Source: Patescibacteria group bacterium
GTDB lineage: Bacteria; Patescibacteriota; Patescibacteriia; Patescibacteriales; JAQVLT01
NCBI GenBank assembly: GCA_028704015.1
Contig: JAQVLT010000008.1
Span: 1-51,941 of the forward strand
Reading direction: 5' to 3'
Length of the DNA stretch: 51,941 nucleotides
Positions 45,388-51,941 of the stretch are shown one piece after another (within the stretch, counting starts at the first letter, position 1; each line of letters begins with the position of its first letter). The position numbers were made by a program, and so were the translations under genes. A model generated the notes under the pieces. That model was given only the letters and a program-made list of their open reading frames with translations, had not been told where the DNA came from and searched no databases.

Positions 45388-46158
45388 ATGAAAAAATTAA
45401 TTATCATTTTGTTGATTGCCGCCAGCATTATTTTTGCGGTAATAATTTATGTAACACGCATTAACGCTTCGCAGTCTTATGTCGCTTCCGGACATCCGGA
45501 GTGGGCGCCGATTATGTGGCGCGATAACGAAAAAATAATCGGCGCTGGCCCCGATTTGGTTAAAATGATTTTTAGCGAACTGGGAATAAAAATTGATTTA
45601 ATGTATACCGGCGCCTGGGACGAAGTGCAGGCCAAGGCCAAGGGCGGCGAAGTGGATGTTTTGGCAGCCGCCTACAAAACAACGGAACGGGAAACTTACA
45701 TGGATTATTCAGTTCCATACACCATTGATCCGATTGCTTTATTTATAAAAAAGGGGAGTGATTTTAAATATTCCGAATGGAAAGATTTGATTGGCAAACG
45801 CGGCATCGCGACGGTGGGCGACAGCTATGGCCAGGAATTTGATGATTATATCAAAGAAAAATTAAACGTCGTTCGTGTTTCTACGGCCGCGGAAGCATTT
45901 GCTGCCGTTGTAGACGGCAAGGCAGATTATTTTGTTTATGCCCTATATTCAGGAGAAAAAGCTATTAAAGAGCAGAAGCTTGAAAATAAAATTGAAATCG
46001 CTCCAACTTATGTTGCTTCGGAAAATTTTTACATAACGATTTCAAAAAAATCGCCATTGGTTAAATATTTAGATCAAATAAACGAACTATTGGCCGAATA
46101 CAAATCGGATGGAACAATAGACAGTTTGGTTGAAAAAAATAAAAAGGTAGCATATTAG
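45388..46158 (+). CDS. Polar amino-acid-type substrate-binding protein (SBP family 3)
   Basis: HPEWAPIM..IIGAGPDL..W......GEVD..TTERETYMDYSVPY. Confidence 0.85.
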   Translation: MKKLIIILLIAASIIFAVIIYVTRINASQSYVASGHPEWAPIMWRDNEKIIGAGPDLVKMIFSELGIKIDLMYTGAWDEVQAKAKGGEVDVLAAAYKTTERETYMDYSVPYTIDPIALFIKKGSDFKYSEWKDLIGKRGIATVGDSYGQEFDDYIKEKLNVVRVSTAAEAFAAVVDGKADYFVYALYSGEKAIKEQKLENKIEIAPTYVASENFYITISKKSPLVKYLDQINELLAEYKSDGTIDSLVEKNKKVAY

Positions 46159-46173
46159 TTATAAAATAATAAT

Positions 46174-46935
46174 ATGAAAAAATTTTTAATAATTTTTGGT
46201 GTCGCACTAGCGGTTTGTGTTGTTATTTTCAGTATAAGATTTTTTCTTGGCGGGCCGGAAGACGCTTGGATTTGCTCAAACGGCGAGTGGGTGAGACATG
46301 GCCAGCCAAGTTCTCCGGCGCCGACAACCGGTTGTGGTGAGAAAGAAATAGTTTGTTCAGATTATAATTTGGAAAATTGTCCAAGCAATTGCGTTGTCTG
46401 TCCGCCTTGCGCCGCTTGCAGTTCTTTGAGCTGCCAAGCTGAGGATTTTTGCAAGAGCATTGGTTTTGATAAAGATTGGTATCCAAACATGCAGAGCGCA
46501 CAGAAAAAAATTACTAATTTTAATGATTGCGCCGCGGCTGGCAATCCGGTCATGGAAAGTTTTCCTCGCAAATGTAATGTCGGTGGCCAAACTTATACTG
46601 AAGAAATTAGTAATGATTCAATAAAAATAGATTACCCGCAGCCAAATCAGAAAATTTCCAGCCCCTTGAAGATCAGCGGCCAAGCGCGTGGGAATTGGTT
46701 TTTTGAAGCCAGTTTCCCGGTTGTATTAGTCAATTGGGACGGTTTAATTATCGCCGAAGGTCAGGCCAAGGCGCAGAGCGACTGGATGACGGAAAATTTT
46801 GTGCCGTTTACTGCCGAATTAACTTTTACCAAACCGGAATACAAAGATAACGGCGCTCTCATCCTTAAAAAAGATAATCCCTCAGGTCTTCCGGAAAATG
46901 CCGATTTTATAGAAATGCCAATAATTTTTGAATAA
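46174..46935 (+). CDS. Membrane-anchored Cys-rich protein with C-terminal Gmad2-type Ig-like domain
   Basis: WICSNGEWVRHG, CPPCAAC, FNDCAAAGNPVMESFPRKC, ISSPLKISGQARGNWFFEASFPV. Confidence 0.8.
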   Translation: MKKFLIIFGVALAVCVVIFSIRFFLGGPEDAWICSNGEWVRHGQPSSPAPTTGCGEKEIVCSDYNLENCPSNCVVCPPCAACSSLSCQAEDFCKSIGFDKDWYPNMQSAQKKITNFNDCAAAGNPVMESFPRKCNVGGQTYTEEISNDSIKIDYPQPNQKISSPLKISGQARGNWFFEASFPVVLVNWDGLIIAEGQAKAQSDWMTENFVPFTAELTFTKPEYKDNGALILKKDNPSGLPENADFIEMPIIFE

Positions 46936-46947
46936 GTGTTATATAAA

Positions 46948-46981
46948 AAAAATAGTCCCGATATTCTCGGGACCATTTTTT
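46948..46981. terminator. Bidirectional terminator between convergent genes
   Basis: gtcccga-tattc-tcgggac with A- and T-runs on either side. Confidence 0.7.
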
Positions 46982-46984
46982 ATT

Positions 46985-48424
46985 TTATCGTGTACTTCGC
47001 GCGTATCTTCTTTGCGCCGGACGAAATTTATTTCTGTATGGATAATTAGTTCTCGGATAAAGCTTTTGCGGCTTGAAGTTGCTAACTGGCTTAAAAATAA
47101 CTTCCGGGATTTGGCTGTATGAACTTTCTTCCAAATCTTTTTGAAATGAATAACGCAACAGCGCGGCAATGATTTTTTTCGGATCATGCTCCTTGATCAA
47201 CTCTTTGGAAATTTTTTCAAAGTTTTTATGTTCATCGGCGGCCATGATTTGTTCAACGTCATTAATTATTTTTTCTTTTTTCTTTTTAATTACTTCCTGC
47301 ACATTGGGAAGTTTGCCTTTTTTAAGCTGGGCATTAGTATTTCTTTGCATGAAAATCAGTTTGCGATATTCAAATGGAGCGATCAAATTAATGGCAGTGC
47401 CTTTCTGTCCGGCGCGTCCCGTGCGTCCGATGCGATGAACATAACAATCCGGATCTTCGGGCAGGGAATAATTGACGACGTGAGATAAATTGCTAACGCT
47501 AATGCCGCGCGCCGCGACGTCAGTCGCCACCAAAATATTAATTTTCTTTTTCTTGAATTTATCAAAAGTTTTTTCTCTTTGAGTTTGCGCGATGTCGCCA
47601 TGAATACCCTCGGCCTTGTAGCCGCGATTAATCAATTGTCCGGCAACCATGTCCACTTCCGCTCTGGTGCGGCAGAATATCAAGCCGTAGAAATCCGGTT
47701 CAATGTCAATAATTCTAACAAGCGATTCAAGCTTGTGTTCGGCGTAGACTTCAAAAAATAATTGTTCAGTCAAATCAGTAGTGATTTTTTCCTGCTTCAC
47801 TTGGATGAGTTCGTATTTTGTCATGTATTTTCTCACCAGTCCGAGAATTCTGCTAGGCATAGTGGCAGAGAAGAGAAGCATTCGTTTTTCTTTTGGCGTC
47901 GCGTCAATGATGGTTTCAATATCATCAATAAATCCCATGTTCAACATTTCGTCAGCCTCGTCCAAAACCAAAAATTTTAAATTATTCAAAATTAATTTTT
48001 TTCGGCGAATAAAATCATTAATTCTTCCCGGAGTGCCGACAATAATTTGTGTTCCATATCCCAGCCGAACAAGCTGATGATAAATCGCTTGGCCGCCATA
48101 GATTGGGGCGATAAGTAATTTTTTCGCGCCTTTCAATGAATTAAGCTCTTCACAAACCTGAATTGCCAGCTCGCGCGTGGGAACGATTATCAAGGCCTGC
48201 ACTTGGCGTAGATTTTCATCGGTTTTTTCAATAATCGGCAAGCCAAAAGCGGCGGTCTTGCCGGTTCCGGTTTGCGCTTGTCCCACCAAATCAATTTTGT
48301 TTTCCATGAGCAAAGGAATACATCTGCTTTGAATGGGGGATGGCTCCTCAAATCCTTTTATGCGAAGCGCTTCCAGGGAATTTTCCGACAAGCCAAGATC
48401 TCTAAATTTTTTTAATTTATCCAT
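46985..48424 (-). CDS. DEAD-box RNA helicase (CshA/DeaD-like)
   Basis: AQTGTGKT, PTRELA, DEADEM, SAT, ARGI, HRIGRTGRAG. Confidence 0.95.
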   Translation of the reverse strand: MDKLKKFRDLGLSENSLEALRIKGFEEPSPIQSRCIPLLMENKIDLVGQAQTGTGKTAAFGLPIIEKTDENLRQVQALIIVPTRELAIQVCEELNSLKGAKKLLIAPIYGGQAIYHQLVRLGYGTQIIVGTPGRINDFIRRKKLILNNLKFLVLDEADEMLNMGFIDDIETIIDATPKEKRMLLFSATMPSRILGLVRKYMTKYELIQVKQEKITTDLTEQLFFEVYAEHKLESLVRIIDIEPDFYGLIFCRTRAEVDMVAGQLINRGYKAEGIHGDIAQTQREKTFDKFKKKKINILVATDVAARGISVSNLSHVVNYSLPEDPDCYVHRIGRTGRAGQKGTAINLIAPFEYRKLIFMQRNTNAQLKKGKLPNVQEVIKKKKEKIINDVEQIMAADEHKNFEKISKELIKEHDPKKIIAALLRYSFQKDLEESSYSQIPEVIFKPVSNFKPQKLYPRTNYPYRNKFRPAQRRYARSTR

Positions 48425-48622
48425 GTTATTATTTGAGCTTGTCGTCAAAAACCCAATAAAATAGACGTTTGAAGATAGACTCTTAGTTTAAGAGGTAATC
48501 ATAACACAAAATATAAAAAAAAGCAAGCCCACGCCAAAAATTGCTTTATTTTTAGCTAATGTTGAAAAAAGAGGGGAGGGATGGTAGAATAAATTTATAG
48601 AAATATAAGAATTAAAAATATT

Positions 48623-49552
48623 ATGAATCAAACCGACAAAGACTTGCTAATATTTGAAAGGGGTTCTTTGATAACAAAAAAGAATCTGCTTGATATTATA
48701 CAGAAGTTTAGACATATAACACCAGCTGGTAGTCCAGTTCAGATGCGATGCTACGATATTACAAAAGCAATTGGTATTCACGACTGGGCTCCGTTTGAAG
48801 CAATTTTAAAAACTATGTCCGAAACTGGTGCTTTTTCATTTTCAATAACTGGCGGATCTGATTATGGCATGCCCTGGGGTGATGATTTAGCCACTTTCGT
48901 GTTATCAAAAAAATTTGATGATATTTATAGAAAAATTAGTGACAGATATCACGATGTGACAATACATATCGCGGAAGGCAAAGTAGCGGCTGATAAAGTA
49001 CGACAAGTCCAACCTATTTCAACTGAAAGTGAGTTGATTAAATTAGTTAAATCAAAAATTGAGGCAATTGACGAGGATTTGTTAAGGCCTGACGAACTAG
49101 AAAATATAAAACAAAAGATAGAAAATTTTTTAGACGAAAAGCTGCGGGGTGAAAGCCTACTTGCGCTCAGGTATAGGAAGTTTAGAGCTCAAACAAGGAC
49201 GCTGTGGAATGATTCGAACGGCTTCGCAACCAACGGGAAAGAATATATTAATCCATATTTTAATTTTTTTGAACAATATATATCTGAAAAAAAAATCAGA
49301 CAGAGGCTTGCTGATGAGGATTTGTGGGTTGAATCAGTGACGCAAGGCGATGAACAACATATTATGATTGGTAAACGCGACAACGATAGTGGTGACAAGG
49401 TGCATATAGTTATGGGGAAAACTGGAGAAATAAGAATTGACGGTAAAGATAAAGCTCCCGTAGAAGTACTTAGAAAAGCAGAATCCATATTAACAACAGC
49501 AGACGGAAAAACAATAAAAACAACCCTAGAATTTTTTAAAAATCAGAACTAA
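48623..49552 (+). CDS. Orphan hypothetical protein
   Basis: Clean 309-aa ORF; no family recognised. Confidence 0.7.
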   Translation: MNQTDKDLLIFERGSLITKKNLLDIIQKFRHITPAGSPVQMRCYDITKAIGIHDWAPFEAILKTMSETGAFSFSITGGSDYGMPWGDDLATFVLSKKFDDIYRKISDRYHDVTIHIAEGKVAADKVRQVQPISTESELIKLVKSKIEAIDEDLLRPDELENIKQKIENFLDEKLRGESLLALRYRKFRAQTRTLWNDSNGFATNGKEYINPYFNFFEQYISEKKIRQRLADEDLWVESVTQGDEQHIMIGKRDNDSGDKVHIVMGKTGEIRIDGKDKAPVEVLRKAESILTTADGKTIKTTLEFFKNQN

Positions 49553-49682
49553 ACGCAAAATACACAGCGTGCATAGCGAAATAAATGGTAGCGAACAATA
49601 ATAGTCCTGCCCCGCAGTATTTAGTTTTTTTATATCTCTCTCGATCCTAATTACAGGAGAAATAAATAATTTTTAGAAAAAT

Positions 49683-50336
49683 ATGCAATTTAAAAATCAT
49701 AAACAATACAGATATCAAGAATACGATTATTCTCAGGACGGAATGTATTTTATAACAATCTGCACAAATAATAAAGAAATATTTTTTGGTAATATAGTCG
49801 GCAAATATTTTAATGGGTATATTGATGGCGCGATTGTTCAAATATCGGAAATTGGCCAAATTGTGAATAAATATTGGCTAGAAATTCCCAAGCATTTTCC
49901 GAATGTTATTTTGGATGAATACATGATTATGCCAAACCACGTGCACGGAATTATACAAATAAAAAACAACAACGTAGGAACAGGGCAATGCCCTGTTCCC
50001 GTGCGTGGCAATGCGACCCAAACGGCGCAATACGCCATTACAAATGTATCGCCATCCGACAGAACAGGGCAATGCCCTGTTCCTACGCGGATTATGCGAA
50101 TATCAAAATTTGGTTCGGTTACGTCGAATTCAATTTCAACCATTGTTGGGTCGTTTAAATCAATTGTTACCAAAATCGTAAATAAACAATTTCCCGAATC
50201 AGGTTTTGTCTGGCAAGCGCGATTTTATGATCGAATAATCAGAAATGAAGAAGAATTGTATGGAATTAGACAATACATAATTAATAACCCATTCAAATGG
50301 CTGGTGGATCGCGATAATCCAAAACTATCAAAATAA
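49683..50336 (+). mobile_element. REP-associated tyrosine transposase (RAYT, Y1 HUH family)
   Basis: YDYSQDGMYFITICT, MPNHVHGII (HUH), WQARFYDRIIRNEEEL..IRQYIINNP (catalytic Tyr). Confidence 0.9.
49974..50086. repeat. Inverted GTAG-type REP doublet (REPIN-like) inside the RAYT ORF
   Basis: GTAG-gaacagggca-a-tgccctgttc (49974-49998) and gaacagggca-a-tgccctgttc-CTAC (50062-50086). Confidence 0.85.
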
Positions 50337-50337
50337 A

Positions 50338-50577
50338 ATGTACCACGTTTATATTTTAAAATGCGCTGATAAAACATTTTATACGGGAATTACGAGCGAT
50401 TTCGCACGGCGCGTAGAAGAACATAATTTTTCAAATCTTGGAGCGAAATATACCCGAGGTCGGCGGCCGGTGAAATTGGTGTATTCTCGCAAATTCAAGA
50501 ATAAATCCAAGGCACTCCAAGAAGAATATCGCATCAAACAATTAACGAGAATTGAAAAAATTAATTTGATAAAATAA
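50338..50577 (+). CDS. GIY-YIG nuclease (UPF0213-like)
   Basis: VYILKCAD.TFYTGIT..RRVEEH..GAKYTRGRRPVKLVY. Confidence 0.92.
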   Translation: MYHVYILKCADKTFYTGITSDFARRVEEHNFSNLGAKYTRGRRPVKLVYSRKFKNKSKALQEEYRIKQLTRIEKINLIK

Positions 50578-50582
50578 AATTT

Positions 50583-50774
50583 ATGGGCGGAACGAACAGG
50601 GAAAATATCAGGCAGGGAATTCGCGTTTCAATTGTTCAGAAACAAGATCAGCAAACCGGAGAATTAACCGAAGGGATTGTGGCGGATATTCTCACGAATT
50701 CTCCAACGCATCCGCACGGAATAAAAGTGCGGTTGGAAACCGGCGAAGTGGGACGCGTGCAAATTATTCATTAA
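50583..50774 (+). CDS. ywbE: YwbE family protein
   Basis: QKQDQQTGELTEGIVADILTNSPTHPHGIKVRLETGEVGRV. Confidence 0.9.
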   Translation: MGGTNRENIRQGIRVSIVQKQDQQTGELTEGIVADILTNSPTHPHGIKVRLETGEVGRVQIIH

Positions 50775-50796
50775 AATTAATAATTAACAAAAAATT

Positions 50797-51138
50797 ATGA
50801 GTACATTACCCTTAATAGCTATCGCGGTAGTAATAATTTTATTGGGTATCGTCTTCTTGATTAATGTGAGAAAAGAGAAGCGTCCAACGGATTATTACAA
50901 TTTATTTATAATCGGCGTAATTTGGACGGCGATAGGCCTGCCGTTAAAAAATTATACTCTCGGTATCCTTGGTCTGGCTTTTCTTAGCATCGGGTTAGTT
51001 AATAAAAATAAATGGAAAGCAAACCATAAAACATGGAACGATTTAAGCGCGCGGGAAAGAAAAGTGTCTTTGGGCGTTATGATCTTGATTGGCGTAATAG
51101 TTATTTTGGGGATGATTACATTTTTATTAATTAAATAA
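50797..51138 (+). CDS. Small membrane protein
   Basis: 113 aa with four hydrophobic segments. Confidence 0.75.
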   Translation: MSTLPLIAIAVVIILLGIVFLINVRKEKRPTDYYNLFIIGVIWTAIGLPLKNYTLGILGLAFLSIGLVNKNKWKANHKTWNDLSARERKVSLGVMILIGVIVILGMITFLLIK

Positions 51139-51142
51139 TCGT

Positions 51143-51604
51143 ATGAAACTAAATTATTTTATTGTTCCTCTCATCACTTTAATCACGGCTTTATCGGGAA
51201 GCTGGATTACAAACAGGGGAATGGCGTGGTACCAAACCATCAAATTACCAGCTATTGCGCCAGCCGGCAGTTTTATCGGCATGGTCTGGACAATTATTTT
51301 TATTCTCGCCACAATTTCCGCAATTTTATTTTGGAATAGCGGTCGAGGCGTGAATTTCAAATTGATTATCGCGCTATTTATCGCGAACGCTTTATTAAAC
51401 GTTTTGTGGAGCATTCTTTTCTTCGGCTTTGGTCAGATCGGCTGGTCAATCATTGAAATGCTATTTTTAAATCTAACTAATTTAGCTTTGATTATTCTTC
51501 TTTGGCAAGGAAATTTAGCTTCCGCCGTTCTGATTATTCCATATTTTCTTTGGGTATCTTTTGCCACATATCTTACTTATTCTATCTGGGGATTAAATAA
51601 ATAA
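51143..51604 (+). CDS. tspO: TspO/MBR family protein
   Basis: WYQTIKLPAIAP..FIGMVWT..LNVLWSILFF..PYFLWVSFATYL. Confidence 0.9.
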   Translation: MKLNYFIVPLITLITALSGSWITNRGMAWYQTIKLPAIAPAGSFIGMVWTIIFILATISAILFWNSGRGVNFKLIIALFIANALLNVLWSILFFGFGQIGWSIIEMLFLNLTNLALIILLWQGNLASAVLIIPYFLWVSFATYLTYSIWGLNK

Positions 51605-51731
51605 TTTTTCATAAAACCGCCAAAAGAGGTAAAAAAATCATGCCTCTTTTTTGCTTGATTTATTTACAAAAAGTGTTAAAATAGTAAAGTAATAATGCAT
51701 CTGATTGCATTATTTTAGTATTGTTTTATTT

Positions 51732-51941
51732 ATGACGACATTATATAGAAAATATCGGCCGCAGACATTTAAAGAAGTTGTTGGTCAGAATCATATCAAA
51801 GTAACTCTCCAAAATGAGATAAAAACAGGCAAAATTGCCCATGCTTATCTTTTTTGTGGTCCGCGCGCAGTGGGCAAGACCACCTTGGCTAGAGTTTTGG
51901 CTAAATCAATAAATTGTTTAAATAGAAAGGATGGAGATTTT
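51732..51941 (+). CDS. dnaX: DNA polymerase III gamma/tau subunit, 5' part only
   Basis: Translated by hand: [48 protein letters not shown]. Confidence 0.95.
   Translation, partial: MTTLYRKYRPQTFKEVVGQNHIKVTLQNEIKTGKIAHAYLFCGPRAVGKTTLARVLAKSINCLNRKDGDF

Noticed and set aside
340-51414. The many 60-165 aa ORFs antisense to or overlapping well-supported genes
   Set aside because: They are shadow frames of longer genes with clear family motifs and have no independent support.
1-51941. Alternative genetic code (TGA read as Gly or Trp)
   Set aside because: Conserved genes are full length under code 11, and cysK ends at TGA at the expected position.

Overview
AT-rich chromosomal window from a small-genome bacterium using standard code 11. 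The gene content looks like CPR/Patescibacteria (Parcubacteria-like); this is an inference from conserved hypothetical families, not a database result. Housekeeping genes: fmt, def, cysK-cysS-dusB, dnaG-rpoD, a DEAD-box helicase, the 5' end of dnaX, tRNA-Glu(CTC) and tRNA-Asn(GTT). Envelope genes: ugd, an NAD-dependent epimerase, GtrA, a GT4 glycosyltransferase, two M23 peptidases and two paralogous surface thermonucleases. Also present: transporters (Kup, Nramp-like, frameshifted CorA), a TraG/VirD4-like ATPase cluster, an ECF sigma/anti-sigma module and a REP-associated tyrosine transposase. The main unannotated feature is a 27-codon, 7-cysteine leader ORF (8906-8989), absent from the ORF track. 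It has a complete 1:2 / 2:3 / 3:4 attenuator layout upstream of cysK-cysS, consistent with a cysteine-sensing, ribosome-coupled transcription attenuator. The window also carries many small selfish-looking DNA elements: CCTGCC..GGCAGG palindromes, inverted 7-mer and 10-mer arms (one pair enclosing a four-helix-bundle gene) and a GTAG REP doublet inside the RAYT gene. Several of these are translated in frame inside CysS, DusB and Fmt. All structure and family calls were made by eye; no searches or folding programs were run.
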